NCBI RefSeq assembly: GCF_009914755.1
Contig: NC_060943.1
Reading direction: 5' to 3' (one strand)
From: the human T2T-CHM13v2.0 reference genome, Homo sapiens
Length of the DNA stretch: 64,000 bases
Shown here: positions 1 through 19,810 of the stretch, piece by piece
How the letters are laid out: each line of letters opens with the position of its first letter
Numbering within the stretch: the stretch's first letter is position 1
Notes under the pieces: model-generated
The model's input: only the letters and a program-made list of their open reading frames with translations
The model's database searches: none
Told to the model about the DNA's origin: nothing
Program-made: the position numbers and the translations under genes

Positions 1-339
1 TAATACAAGATTAAACTGTAAACACCTTAATATGAATATTTTTTGAATGTATGATTAGTTAGTAGACAGTTTCTTTTAGAGTCACAGGACAAAATAACAA
101 CTAGAGAAAACATTTGAAATGGGATAAAATTAACCAAAACCACATCTTTTCAATGGCTTGGCTAAACTAAACCCCTTGAATATTGTCATCTTTTCAATGG
201 CTTGGCGTAATTGCCATACTTACGGAAATGGCCAGATGACTAATGAGAAACAGGAAGATTTTGGCTTTGCTCAATGATTGTTTTTGACCTTTTGAAATCT
301 AAAATCCTGGCTAAACTATTCAAAGGGAATATTTTATAG

Positions 340-729
<390 letters not shown>

Positions 730-992
730 TAGAGTGAATTAACAAAAGATTTGTTTTTCAAAAAAGCAAATGGATAAAATTAATGGGTAACAGATGCCAT
801 TAGCTGCTAAAAAATAGTATGACTAAATTTAGTAAGTATCTAGCTATGCAAATAACAGCCCAATTAAATTAAGACCCTAATAGGTGCATGTGGAAAGCAT
901 TGATGTGCAGTGTGGTGCACCTCCACTCAGCATTTTCTTCTACCTTTTTACAGAGATACCAATTCTTCCTCAGTTACTCAGGGTCCATACTG

Positions 993-1571
993 GGTTAGAA
1001 ATGCTTGTTCTCTGGTGCCATAAGGAAATAGCACTCGAACATTAATTTTCTTAGCAAGGCCATTTTTACTTTTTGCGGAAAGTGTGCACTCTTCAGCAGT
1101 TTTGCCATCAAAGTACATCAAACAAAGGAGACAAGGTCATTTATAACCTGACACATCCTTTCTACTGCTGTGTCTAGTTTTCATTGGCTGAAACAAGACC
1201 TCAAATTCTGTATTTCCCCCCATTGTTTAGCGACTTAGAACTTTTTAAAAGAGGCAAAGGCAGAGGAGAATGAAGGAAGGAGGAAGTAACTTGTGGAATG
1301 CTGAGAAAGGTAAAAACACCAAATAAGGAAGAGTAACAGGCTATGACCTAATGCTTGCTTGGACTAGTATAAGCATGCCAGGGCAAATATTTAGGCTAAA
1401 TTGTGGGAGCTAAGAAGAAAGTACATTGATTTTTTTATTATGGCTGGCAGATATTTAAGAATGTTAGCACAGGACTTTGAATAAATTTTGCTTCTAAGAG
1501 AAGTTACTGTTTATTCCTAATTAGATGGGGAGGAAAGTCTTTGAAGAGGAACCTCTACTTTACTTTTTGCA
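993..1571 (-). mobile_element. Solo LTR10-family (LTR10C-like, HERV-I) LTR
   Basis: Reverse complement aligns along its length with the split LTR at 33926-34019/39401-39903, which is followed by a tRNA-Ile PBS. Confidence 0.85.
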
Positions 1572-1847
1572 CTTGGAACAGAGAGTGCTGTGTTCAGAGT
1601 GATTACCGAAAACATGGCTAATACACATCTTCCATATGATAATAAAATGTTATAAATCTTACTCTGCCTCAGAAAAGCTTTTACTAAAAGATTATCTATG
1701 GTAATCAATTTGAGTTCATGGAAAATTTCAATATTCCACATAATTCAGACAGTTAAATGTCAATGAAATCTCAAAACATTTGAATAAGATAAAGTCTTCT
1801 TAGTGAAGAATTTTATATTACCGGTAGTTAGAAAAAAAAGAAAACCA

Positions 1848-2150
1848 GGCTGAATGCGGTGGCTCATGCCTGTAATCTCAGCACTTTGGGAGGCTGAGGC
1901 AGGTGGATCACCTATGGTCTAGAGCTCGAGACCAGCCTGACTAACATGGTGAGACCCCCATCTCTACTAAAAATACAAAAAATTAGCTGGGCATGGTGGC
2001 AGGTGCCTGTAATCCCAGCTACTGGGGAGGCTGAGGTAGAAGAATTGTGGGAAACTCGGGGACAGAGGTTACAGTGAGCCAAGATCATGCCATTGCCCTC
2101 CAGCCTGGGCAACAAGAGCAAGACTCCGTCTCAAAAATAAAATAAAATAA
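1848..2150 (+). mobile_element. AluS
   Basis: Full dimer, TSD AAAACCA. Confidence 0.92.
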
Positions 2151-2231
2151 AAACCAGTACCTTAAGCCAAATAACATTGTTTGACATGGGAGTAGCAACC
2201 AAACAAGTGCTATTCATGATTTCATAATAAC

Positions 2232-2814
2232 TTTTTTTTTTTGAGACAGTCTCACTAGGTCACCCAGGTTGGAGTGCCGTGACATGATCTTGGCTCCCTG
2301 CAACCTCTAACTTTCTGGTTTACATGATTCTCCTGCCTCAGCCTCCCTAGTAGCTGGGAGTACAGGTGCCCACCACCATGCCCAGCTAATTTATTTTTTT
2401 TTTAAGAGGAGTCACTCTGTCATCTTGGCTGGAGTGCAGTGGCACAATCATGGCTCACTGCAACCTTGGCCTCCAGGTTCCAGCGATTCTCCTGCCTCAG
2501 CCTCTTAAGAAGCTGGGATTACAGGCACCTGCCACCACGCCCAGCTAATTTTTTATATTTTTAGTAGAGACCAGATTTCACCATGTTGCCCAGGCTGGTC
2601 TCAAACTGCTGACCTCAAGCAATCCACTGCCCTCCACCTCCCAAACTGCTGGGATTACAGGCATGAGCCATTGTGCTCAGCAATTTCTGTACTTTTAGAA
2701 GAGACAGGGTTTCACCATATTGGCCAGGCTGGTCTCAAACTTCTGACGTTGTGATCCACCCACCTCGGCCTCTCAAAGTACTGGGAATACAGGCATGAAC
2801 CACCATGCTCGGCC
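2232..2814 (-). mobile_element. Alu with a second Alu (2392-2681) nested in its A-rich linker
   Basis: Right arm 2232-2391, complete Alu, left arm 2682-2814. Confidence 0.88.
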
Positions 2815-3211
2815 TGATCATTGTTAAAGTAGCAATAGCACCTTGTGCTTTCCTAGGACTTGCTGGCCTGTTTTTCACTGATATAAAGTGAAGAAAGCAT
2901 TCAAATATTGCTGAGAAGTGGCTGTCCTCCCAGAAAATAGCTATTCTCGGCTGTACCAACATTGACTAATAGTAAGAGGAAGTGAAGTGGATAAAAGGCA
3001 AATGTGTCTTCTCTGTATCTTTTTTCAACCATTGGCTGAAGAACAGGAGAATGCAGAAAATTAAAAAAAAAAAATCCCTGAAAGATCATGAAGAAGCTCT
3101 CTTTATCAGACAAAAAACCTCTTAGGGGATTTTTTTTGTTTCATTATTGTACTGTCTGCTTCTATGAGTTTAAATTTTTTTTTACACTTTACATAGAAAT
3201 AGGATTATATG

Positions 3212-3510
3212 AGTCAGGCACAGTGGCTCATGCCTGTAATCCCAACACTTTGAGAGGCCGAGGTGGGTGGATCACTTGAGGTCAGGAGTTTGAAACTAGC
3301 CTGGCCAACATAGGAAAACTCTATCTCTACAGAAAATATAAAAATTTGCTGGGTATGGTGGCAAGTGCCTGTAATCCCAGGTACTGAGGAAGCTGAGGCA
3401 GGAGAATCTCTTGAACCTGGAGGCAGATGTTGCAGTGAGTGGAGATGGTGCCACTGCACTCCAGCCTGGGTGACAAGAGCAAAACTCCACCTCAAAAAAA
3501 AAAAAAAAAA
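3212..3510 (+). mobile_element. AluS
   Basis: Full dimer, TSD AGGATTAT. Confidence 0.92.
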
Positions 3511-3734
3511 GGATTATGTTTTCTGTTTTTTTCCGTGTTGACTTATTTTACTTAGTATAATGTCTTTCAGGTTCATGAATGTTGTTGCAAATAACAAGAC
3601 CTTATTTTTAAGAGCTGAATAGCATTTCATTGTGTACACATACCATATTTTCTTTTTCCATTCACCTATTGATGGACACTTAGGTTGATTTCATACCTTA
3701 GCTATTGTGAGTAATCCACTTCCTTCCTTCTATT

Positions 3735-3958
3735 TTGATTTTGTTTTTGTTTTGCTTTGTTTGAGATGGAGTCTCATTCTGTCGCCCATGCTGGAGTGCA
3801 GTGGCGTGATCTCTGCTCACTGCAAACTCTGCCTCCCAGGTTCAGTGATACTCATGCCTAAGCCTCCTGAGTAGCTGAGGTTACAGGTGTAAGCCACCAC
3901 ACCAGGCTAATTTTTGTAATTTTAGTAGAGGCAGGCTTTCACCATGTTCACCAGGCTG
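3735..3958 (-). mobile_element. 5'-truncated Alu
   Basis: Alu consensus match. Confidence 0.88.
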
Positions 3959-4542
3959 CCTTTCATTTGTTTGTATATTTCTTTCTCCTTTCCCGTCTTT
4001 ATCTCTAGAAGTATTTTAATTTTAATATATAAATTATGACTGTTAACCTTCATTTCTCTGTTTTTGCATACTATTATGGCTGATTAAAAGATAAGTTTTT
4101 TGAAATTTCCTGGATAAAGTTTATTACTTCATTATTAAGATAACTTGAGACAATATGGAAATGAAAATCAACATTTGTTAGTAAAACAGAAATTAGCTAC
4201 TGGTAGTCATTTAATCTCTCACCCAACATGAACGCTACGTCTTTGTGTCATCTCTCCCAGTTGTATGTAAGAGGCTACTGAGCAAACTGGTCAGCATAAA
4301 ATTTTGTGAAGTTTAACATATATGTTCTGAAAATTAAGTTGATCCATTACCAGAAAAGTAGGTTTTCTGATGTGTATAATTTTACTCTATTTAAATTCTT
4401 CAGAAAAATGAAACTGACATTATGTAAAAGTTTTTTTTGGAAATTAAAAATGCTTAAGAAATATTTATAGAAACTAAAAGTAAAAATAGTTTTAGATTCC
4501 TAGAGAACATCTTTAAAATACTTCAAGTTATCCTCTGACAGT

Positions 4543-5619
4543 ATATATATATAAAATATATATAATATATAAATATATATAATATATAAAATAATATATA
4601 ATATGTAATGTATAAAATATATATTTACATTATATATTATATATAATATGTAATGTATAAAATATATATTTACATTATATATTATATATAATATGTAATA
4701 TTTATGTTTATATATTTAAATATATAATTATATTTAAATTATATATTTAAATATACAATTATGTTTAAATTATATATTTAAATATACAGTTATGTTTAAA
4801 TTATATATTTAAATATACAGTTATGTTTAAATTATATATTTAAATATACAGTTATGTTTAAATTATATATTTAAATATACAGTTATGTTTAAATTATATA
4901 TTTAAATATACAGTTATGTTTAAATTATATATTTAAATATACAGTTATGTTTAAATTATATATTTAAATATACAGTTATGTTTAAATTATATATTTAAAT
5001 ATACAGTTATGTTTAAATTATATATTTAAATATACAGTTATGTTTAAATTATATTTTAAATATACAGTTATGTTTAAATTATATTTTAAATATATAGTTA
5101 TGTTTAAATTATATATTTAAATATATAATTTAAATATAAAATTATATTTAAAATATAATTATATTCATATACTACATAAATATATGATATATCATATATA
5201 AATATATATAATATCATATATGATATATATCTCATATATATGAGATATATGATATATATCTCATATATATGAGATATATGATATATATCTCACATATATG
5301 AGATATTTATGATATATCTCATATATATGATATTTGATATCTCATATATGATATATATTATATACTATATATCATATATGATATATATTTATATATTATA
5401 TATAATATATAGAAATATATAATATATAATATATATCATATATATGTAAATATATATTTAATATATATGTATATTTATATATGAATATATATTTTGTATA
5501 TGTAAATATATATTATATATAATATATATTTTTATATAATATATAATATATTATATATGTTTTTATATAATATATAATATATTATATATGTTTTTATATA
5601 ATATATAATATATTATATA

Positions 5620-5620
<1 letters not shown>
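4543..5620. repeat. AT-rich compound minisatellite including a 31-bp VNTR (~4710-5125) and palindromic repeats (~5220-5345)
   Basis: Unit TTATATATTTAAATATACAGTTATGTTTAAA in near-identical tandem copies; abuts an Alu poly-T tail. Confidence 0.92.
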
Positions 5621-5915
<295 letters not shown>

Positions 5916-5939
5916 AAGTGTTGAACTTTTCTGAATAAA

Positions 5940-6312
5940 TTATCTCAGCTCAGATAATTTAAGTCAGCCAATTAGCTTACCTCTGGGGATTCCAAGCAGC
6001 CCATTAGCACATCCCAGGAGAATCCAATCAGCAAATTAGCTCAGCCCAGCTGATTAGCCCAGGTAATTTTTAAGAGCCAGCTAACTTACTCCAGGTGATA
6101 TTAATCAGCCAGTTATCTCAGCTGATGTGAATCTTATAAGCCAATTAGTTTAGCACAGGTGATTTTAAACCACCGCGTCACTCAGCCCAGGTGATTTCAA
6201 TCAGTGAATCAGCTTAACCCAGGTGATTTCTATCAGCCAATTAATCAATCCAGGTGAATTCAATTAGCTAATTAGCTCAGTCCAGGTGATCCCAATCAGC
6301 CAATTATCTAGC
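5940..6312. repeat. Degenerate ~32-bp tandem repeat (~12 copies)
   Basis: Consensus ~CAGCCAATTAGCTCAGCCCAGGTGATTTCAAT; about 3 more copies at ~7820-7915. Confidence 0.75.
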
Positions 6313-8326
6313 AGCTGCCAATTCATTAAGGCATGCCCAAAATGGTAAATGTAAATAGCCCAGGCACACCAAGAAGAAATGCAGGGCCCTATATGCTAAG
6401 CTGGACAGTATGTACCACACAGCTTTACTGTCAGCTTATTTACAAGACCTGAAACCTGAAGCTGAAGGTTTTTGTTTATATAAACCACATTGTATGGCTA
6501 TGTTTTATTCTGTTATGCTATTGAAAAAAACAGAAGGCAATTAATTCTACATCTGCATCCTTAGTATATGCTCTATATTTTAAAAAGTGGGAAAATATTT
6601 TATGTATACATTAATATTTACATATACACATTCATATAAGTTTGCGTTTATGTATCTACCAGGTGTGTACATATATTCATATATATACCTAAGTATATAT
6701 AAATATATATATATAATATCTGAAGCTGTAACAATCTTTGTATTTATATTCATACAGAATAAAGATGTTGACTGTGGAAGTATTGATAGGTATTGCTACA
6801 AACAGTAATACAAAACCTTTCATACATGCATAAAATATTTTCCCTGTAGAATACTATTTCTAGAATAGTACAGAAATAGAGGAATGCTCTGATATACATC
6901 CTGCTGCACTTAATATATTCAAAGGAAGCACTGAACTTTGTTGTGCACTTCTGGATGATACAAATTTTCTAAGGCCATTGGAGTTATTTACTGCCATATC
7001 AGGGTTGACTTTTCTTTTATTGTTGTACGTAAGGTCAGAGATGAACCAGCCCCAGTCCAAAGGTTCTAACCTAAATATGAGAATACTTACTCTTTCTCTT
7101 TAGAACTTTCATCAAGACAAGAACTGTGTGTATTCCCAAGAGTGTGTGATGTAAAATCACACTCTTGTCTTTTTGTCTTTGTGGCAGAAGTTGGGTATTT
7201 ATGGTAAGAAAATATTAGTCTAGGTCTCTTTTTAGAAGACAGATGGTGATCATGGAAGCAAATATAATGGTACATGGTACTTGGCCACATTTCAAATGGG
7301 TGATAGTGAACATTCGCTGAAGTGTCACAGGTGGCTCTATTTGCCAGGTCAAATCTTTGTGAGGAAGGCTCAGCCCACTGGTGTCAAGCATTTCTGGCAG
7401 TTTCCAGAAAGATGAAAAGAAGCTCACCGGGCTGGTTTAATGAGACCAGAATTAAAAACACCCAGGAGCCACATTATTAAACACATTTTTACATTTATTT
7501 AAAAAAATGTGGTGTATGGCTTGGTTTGAATAAATCTTCACTGAGCTCAGTAGCTGATTGAATTTATCTAACCTGTTCGGAAAGAAAATGGAAATAACCT
7601 CTGATCAAGTTTATTTTATAGGCTTCTTTCTTTACATACAGATATAAAATAGGTGGCTCGTTAAACATATACACACAAAATGAGCCACATGGTTATGTCT
7701 ATGTAATGTTTATTTCTGCATACGACTCTCAAAAAAAAGCCACAGAAAAAAAGTAGGTCAGAAGACATCTCCGTATGCTACCCCTGAAGCCAAGATCAAT
7801 TAAATAAGTAAATGAGCAGAAACCGGGTGATTGCAATCAGCCAATTTGCACAGCCTTGGTGATTTCAACCAGCCAAGGAGCTCAGTCCAGGTGGATCCAA
7901 TCATCCAATTATCTAAATGGTGACTGTGACTTTGTCAAGACAGGCGCCAAATGGTGCATGTGAACGGAACATGTACCAAATGCAGGGCGCTGAAATACTG
8001 TCCTGGACAGATGTGTTACATGACTTTATTTTCAGCTTATTTCTGTGGACTTGCCCTTGAAGATAGAGCTTTGTTGATATGTTCCATTCTGAAATGTTAT
8101 TTAGCTAAAGAAGGAAAAATTGATTCTACATTAGCATCTTTAGAGCATGCTAAAAGGTTAAAAATATCTCTTGGGGAATATGTTTTGTATACATAAATAT
8201 TTAGGTAGAAATATTTATATAATTCTCTATGTGGGTTTTTGTCTTCCTATGTATATTTATATGTAGATGTGTCAATCTTTGTATTGATATGAAACGTTGT
8301 GAATAGTGAGATAAAAAGTAACTTCC

Positions 8327-8450
8327 AGTTGGATGCTGTGGCTCACACCTGTAAGCCCAGCACTTTGAGAGGCTGAGGTGGGTGGATCACCTGAGGTCAG
8401 AAGTTCAAGAATAGCCTGGCCAACATGGTGAAACCTTATCTCTACTAAAA
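8327..8450 (+). mobile_element. Alu left arm only, fused to L1
   Basis: Ends at TCTCTACTAAAA, immediately followed by L1 ORF1 sequence. Confidence 0.9.
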
Positions 8451-12430
<3,980 letters not shown>

Positions 12431-12584
12431 AAATTTAGGAAAGTAAAAAAGGAAATGAGGGAAATATACTACTAAAAACACATAAAACAATAACAATATA
12501 ACTGGCAATAACAACTTCATTTCTTTAAGCAATCATTTTAAATATAAATTAATTAAACTATTTAATGAAATGAAATGTAATCGT

Positions 12585-13145
<561 letters not shown>

Positions 13146-13555
13146 TTATAAAGCAAACAATATGCTCCCTACAAGAGACTCATTTTAGCATTGATTCAAG
13201 TAGGCTGAAAGTAATAGAATAAAAAAAGTATATTCCATGAAAATAGTACCACAATTGAGTGAGGTGGTCATAATTATATTAGACATAATATGCTTTAAGT
13301 CAAGTACTGCCATGAGACAATGACTGATATTATATTATGATAAAGTGAGTTGATTTAGCAGGAATCTATAACTATTTATCTATCTGCATATGTGTATATA
13401 ACATCAGAGCTTTAAAATATATAAAGCAAATATTGACAAAAGTGAAGCAAGACATACATAGCAACATAATAATTGTAGACATCAAGACCCCATTTGCAGT
13501 AATAAATAGAAAATTAAGGTAAAAATAAGAAACAGAAAACTAAGACATTATAGAC

Positions 13556-13965
13556 TATATTAACTATTTTGCATATAGAGGAATACTTGAGAGTGCATAA
13601 TTTATAAAGAAAAAAGGTTTATTTGGCTCACAGTTTGGCAGACTGTATAAGTGTGTGCCAGCATCTGCTTCTGGTGAGGATTTCAGGAAGCTTAAAATCA
13701 TGGTGGAAGGTAAAGAGTAACTGGACATATTATATGATAAGAGACAGAGCAAGTGTGAGGTGAAGGTGCCAGATTATTTTAATGAACCAGTTTTCATTTG
13801 AATTAATAGAGTGTAAACTTTTTGGTTACCAAGAGGTTGTACGAAGCCATTCATGAGAAATTTTCCCCCCGTGACAAAAACATGTCCCACCAGGTCCCAC
13901 AATCAACATTGAGGATTTACATTGCAGCTTGAGGTTTGGAGAACATGGACGTCCAAATAATATTA
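13556..13965 (-). mobile_element. MST-type MaLR solo LTR
   Basis: TAATTTATAAAGAAAAAAGGTTTATTTGGCTCACAGTT...AATCATGGTGGAAGG...CCCACCAGGTCCCAC pattern. Confidence 0.8.
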
Positions 13966-14093
13966 TGAACGAACTAGGCTTCACAGACACATACAAAACT
14001 CTCCAGTGAAAACCAAGATAATACACAATATTCCTATTTGCACCTGATGCATTCTGTTAGGACACATCAAGTTTTATTAAATTTAAAAATACT

Positions 14094-14385
14094 AACTGGG
14101 TGCAGTGGCTCTTGCCTATAATCCTAACACTTTGTGATACCAAGGTAAGAGGATCCATTGGTGCCAAATGTTTGAGACTAGCCTGGACAACATTGTGAGA
14201 TCCTAAAACTACAAACAAGCAAACAATTATCCAGACATGGTAGTGCATGTCTGTAGTCCTAACTACTCAGAAAACTGAAGTGAAAGGATCTCTTGAGCCC
14301 AGGAGGCTGAGGCTATAGTGAGCCAAAATTATGCCACTGCACCGCAGCCTGGGATGCAAGATGTTGTCTCAAAACAACAACAAAT
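14094..14385 (+). mobile_element. AluJ-like
   Basis: Diverged dimer. Confidence 0.82.
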
Positions 14386-15411
14386 TACGTTAAGAAGACT
14401 AAAATTATACATTGCGTGTTTTCTAACAAAAACTGAATGAAACTAGGAATTAAAAGCAAAAGTCAAACTGGCATATTCAAAACTGTGAATATGAAACACA
14501 CTCTTCAACATATTCTTGCTCTGTGTCAAAAAATGTCATTTTTCAAAGATGTCAATCCAACCTACAGTTAAAAGCTACAGAACATAAACAGTGTGATATT
14601 GACACAAAGATTAACAGATGAAAGAACAAAATAGAGTTCAGAAATGAACCCTTCTATATATGATCAAATGATCTTCCACAACGTTGCCATGAGCACAAAA
14701 CAGAGAAAAATAATCTCTTCAAAAAATGATGTTGAAAACTGAATATCAAAACTGATAAAAAAGTTGGATTATTTCCTTGAATTAAAATATATTTTAAATA
14801 AAATGCTTGGACATAAAAAAACTAACAAATCTTTTAGAAGAACTACGGAAAAAAGACATGACATTGGTCTTGGCATCATTTTCTTAGCTACAAAATTAAA
14901 TGCATGAGCAGCAAATGAAATAACAGAAAAGTTTAACTACACTAGACTTCAAAATTTCTGCATACCAAAAAACAATTCAAGAGTAACAACATCCCTTAGA
15001 AAACGGGTGAAAACATTTGCAAATCACATGTGAAAGAAGTTAATATTCAAAATATATAAACAACTCTTTAAACAATAAAATTGAATAACTTGATTTAGAA
15101 ATGGACAAAAAATTTTTCATTAGACAAGTACACAAATGGGAAAAAGCATTTGAAAGGACACAAAAAATTACTAACTTGTAAAGAAATGAAAAAAAAAAAA
15201 CAAAAAAACAAAAAAAACCACTGACAAACAAAATCACCTCACACCCATTAGGAGGACCATTACAAATATTTTTAAAAACATCAAATCTGTTGACGATGCA
15301 ATAAAAGTGAAACCCATGTTAATTGTTGGTGGAAAACAAAGATGCAGCCATTATTTTAGAAAGTTACAAATGCTCCTCATTTATAAGTCTATATCCAAAA
15401 TATGTAACAAA

Positions 15412-15695
15412 GGCCAGGCGCAGTGGCTCAAGCCTGTAATCCTAGCAATTTGGGAGTCCAAGGGGGGCAGATCAACTGAGATCAGGAGTTTGAGACCAAC
15501 CTGATCCCTTCTCTACTAAAAATACAAAAAATTAGCTGGGCATCATGGTGGGAACTTGTAACCCCAGCTACTTGAAAGGCTGAAGCAGAAGAATTGCTTG
15601 AAACCAGGAGGCAGAGGTTGCAGTTAGCTGAGATCTCACCACTGTCAACAGCCTAGGCGACAGAGCAAGACTCCATCTGAAAAAAAAAAAAAAAA
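15412..15695 (+). mobile_element. AluS
   Basis: Dimer with polyA. Confidence 0.9.
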
Positions 15696-16129
15696 GCAAC
15701 ACAGGATATGGGAGGCATATTTGAAAATCCATTTTATTGCAGCAGTATTCACAAAAGCCAAAGGGCCGAAGCAATAACCCAGATGTCTCTTGATTTATAA
15801 ACATATCAAAAAATGTAACCTATACATACAATAGAATATTATTCCACCTTCAAAAAAATCTTGTTACATTTTAAGATGAACATTGAGAATCTTATGTCAC
15901 CTGAATTAATCTAGTAACAAAATTATGGATACTGTACCACTTATGTGAGATATCTTAAGTAGTCAAAATCATAAAAACAGAAAATGGAAGGTTTGTCAAA
16001 AGCTGGAGAGAGGGTAAAATGAGAAGTTGTTACTTAATGAGTACTGAGTTTTAGTTTTGCAAGATGTAAAGTTTCTAGAAGTCTTTTGCATAACAATGTA
16101 AATAAACTTAACATGCCTGAAATGAAAAG

Positions 16130-16375
<246 letters not shown>

Positions 16376-16833
16376 TGAAGTATACACATCAATAAATTTA
16401 AGATGGTAAATATTATGTTATGTGTTTTTAAAACAATGTTTATAGAGAAAAACTTTAAAAAATCCAGAATTATAAATCTTTTTGGAAATTAACTTCAAAT
16501 CACAAAAGTGTTTCTCTCACAAAAAGAAATATATATTAATCATTAAACACATGGTGAAAATAAGGCTATCTCCATGACTACTCAGACAAGATAAAATTAC
16601 CATCAAAAATTAGCTGAGAGAATATGAAATAAGCCATAACTAAAATTTGGGTCATATTTATAGGTTAGCACACATACACATGTAATCCGGTTGTGATAGA
16701 CATGCGCAATTTATTTCTTAGATAAAACTCATATTGACTTAAATATACAAACGGAATTGCAAATTGTCTAAAATTATAATACGTAAGTATAACCAATAGA
16801 CACAATAAACTGATGTTGGGAAACCTACACCGA

Positions 16834-17126
16834 GGCTGGACTCGGTGGCTCATGACTATAATCCCAGCACTTTGGGAGGCTGAGGCAGGCATATCACGAG
16901 GTCAGGAGTTTGAGACCAGCCTGGCCAATAAGGTGAAACACTGTCTCTAATAATAATACAAAAATTAGCTGGGCTTGGTGGCGTGCCTGTAGTCCCAGCT
17001 ACTCAAGAGGCTGAGGCAGAAGAATGGCTTAAACTCGGAAGGCAGAAGTTGCTGTGAGCTGAGACTGTGCCACTGCACTTTAGCCTGGGTGACGGAGAGA
17101 GACTCCCTCTCAAAAAAAAAAAAAAA
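16834..17126 (+). mobile_element. AluS
   Basis: Full dimer. Confidence 0.92.
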
Positions 17127-17243
17127 GTAATAAATAAATCTACACCGGAGAAACTCACTAACATAGAACTTCAAACAATAATAAGAGAAATGTTTGCTCA
17201 TAAAATCTGGTATACTACATTGATGTATCATCAAACAAAATTT

Positions 17244-17566
17244 GTCAGGCAGGGTGTAGTGATTCATGCCTATAATCTCAGCACTTTGGGAGGCCAAGGG
17301 GGACAGATCACCTGAGGTCAAGAGTTTAAGACCACCCTGGCTAAAGTGGTAAAACCACATCTCTACTAAAAATACAAAAATTAGCTGGGCATGGTGGCAC
17401 ATACCTGTAATACCAGCTACTTGGGAGGCTGAGGCACAAGAATTGCTTGAACCCGGGAGGTGAATGTTGTAGTGAGCCAAGATCACCCGACGGCAATCCA
17501 GCCTGGGTGAGAAAGTGTAATTGCTTCTCAAAAAAAAAAACAAAAAAAAAAACAACAAAAAAAAAC
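17244..17566 (+). mobile_element. AluS
   Basis: Full dimer, long A tail. Confidence 0.92.
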
Positions 17567-19099
17567 TATGTAACTGCAATATTTAGCTGTTACTATGTAC
17601 TCATCATATACAAATATTTTAAATCATTGGCATGCATTGTGTGGCAGTAAAATTTCAGAGAATATGCAGTATAATTATAAATAGAAGATTCTAAAGAGAA
17701 ACAATAAATTAGCATTTTAAAGAAACTAGAGTTGCTTTTTATGTTTTAAATATATGCTATTGTTAAACAAAATGAAACTGCTGTAATCCAACTTTAAAAG
17801 GAAAGAATAGCCTTACATTGTTAAGTACAGAAAAAGATATATATTTTGCAGAATATGGTTAGGCCCTCTCATATGTGAAACAAATATTAAGAAATAAACT
17901 ATGTTATTATTTAGATATAGCCTGAAATAAGTAGATGAAAATCCTATAATTCCTTTTTGCCTGTATCAAACTTAAACTTATATGTAAATGTTTTAGTAAA
18001 TATGGAGTGCCTATTAATTATCTAATTTACTTGAGGCATACCATGCAAATTCTAGCATATTGTCCTAAATATCTGAATCTAAAATTACAGAAAAATTTGA
18101 AATAGAAAATAGAAAGTAAAAATGTATAAGGAGAGTGACATCAGTAAGATAAAAAGATTAAAAGTGCCCTATTTTCGTATTCCCTTACAGCAAAAAAAGT
18201 CAGCCATCCCTGACAAAAATGCCTTTATGAGAGAACAGGGCATTATTGCTCACATCTATAATGACAGCTTCATGGTACATTAGGTTGGAAAACTGCTTCA
18301 GGTGAGGATTTTGAGGCCAGCCTGGGTTATGTAGCAAGATGTCATCTCCCAAATAAGTGCCTCTAAGAGAGATGTGAGATGCAGGGACGCAGTTGTGAAA
18401 CGATGTTAAAGCTTAAGTTTGAGAAGGATTCTATTCGGAAGGCAGGCCCTCATTCATGTGGGATACTGCAGGACTCCTGTTTTAGCTACAGACCAGGATA
18501 GGGTTCACCCAACTTGGTTCCACTGAGAATTCTAAACTTACTCTGTAACCATCCCAAACTCCTCCCAGCCACAGTCTGGCAGAGGTCCTGCTATTCCAGA
18601 TACCTGGAGGAAGTTGCCCATTTACATCCATGCAGGCAGGCCTGCAGATCTGGGCCTTTACTGGGGTCACTGAGGCAGTTCAATGACTCAGTTTCAGTTA
18701 CCCGAGCCACTGTTTATGGTCAGTTCTCCCTATATAGAAACCCACACAGTTACCTGAGGAAATGCTCTCTGGTACTCACTGAAAGCCATACTCATCAACA
18801 TCCTGATACAAGGTCCACCATATGCAGACCGAACTGCAAAAACTTGCCCTAGTGTTTGCCCTATGGAGCAAAGCCCTGAAGGATATTCAGTCTGTCCAAA
18901 AATGAAATGGGAATTACAACTACCCAAGCCCCTGTAACAAGCCAACTAAAGGTGAACCCTAGTTCAGACCCAGCAGCCTTGTGACCAAGCTACAACCCCT
19001 CTTCACTACAAATTCAGAGGGCATCTCATCACCCTAAGGGCCCAACAAAAGATCTTTACCTTCTGAAATCAGTTTATGAAAATTTAAAGTGGTGTTTGC

Positions 19100-19810
19100 T
19101 CCATCAAATTCAGACACAAATACCAAACTATATTCTGTCCATTGTCAATGCTTCTACTTTAGTGTAGCACTGGAAGTATGTGGCAGAAGAATTAGTCAAA
19201 GAAATTTTAAAAATCCATTAAAATTGAGGAAAAATAAATAAAAAATTGCTGCTTGTAGATCATATAATCTTATATTTAAAAACCCATAAAGAGTACATTC
19301 GAAGCTGTCTAAACTAATACATACACTCAGTAAATTAGCAAAATATAAAACTAACATACAAGCATATGTACGGTTTTATACACTTAAACTATCTGATAAA
19401 ATAGAGGAAGAAAAAAATCTTATTTACTATAGCATTAAATAATAAATTTCTGAGAAAAAAATTAACCAAGGAAGTAAAAAATCTTTACTAAAAAAATGAA
19501 AAAATTAGAAAAGTTATAAATAAATTTTAAAATATTTTATGTCTATGGATTGAAAGTATAAATATTATTAAAGTGCCATATTATTCAAAGTGATCTATAG
19601 ATTCAATAAACTTCCCATTAAAATTGCAATGGTATCTTTTTGACAGTAATGAAAAATACAATTCTGAAATTTACATGAAACTATAATAAGCTTTGAATTG
19701 CCAAAGCAATCTTGATGAAAAGAACAGAGCAGAAGTATAAGCAAAACTTATACTTTTGAAGTCTATTTCAAGATTATATAGTAATAAAAACAGAATGGAC
19801 TGTGCAGAAG
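19100..19810 (+). mobile_element. Ancient L1M ORF2 fragment
   Basis: Degenerate matches such as AAAGTGATCTATAGATTCAAT and GCCAAAGCAATCTTG. Confidence 0.65.

Noticed and set aside
143-206. 20-bp direct repeat CATCTTTTCAATGGCTTGGC (143-162, 187-206)
   Set aside because: Real, but most likely a small local duplication; the 24 bp between the copies is not a recognisable element.
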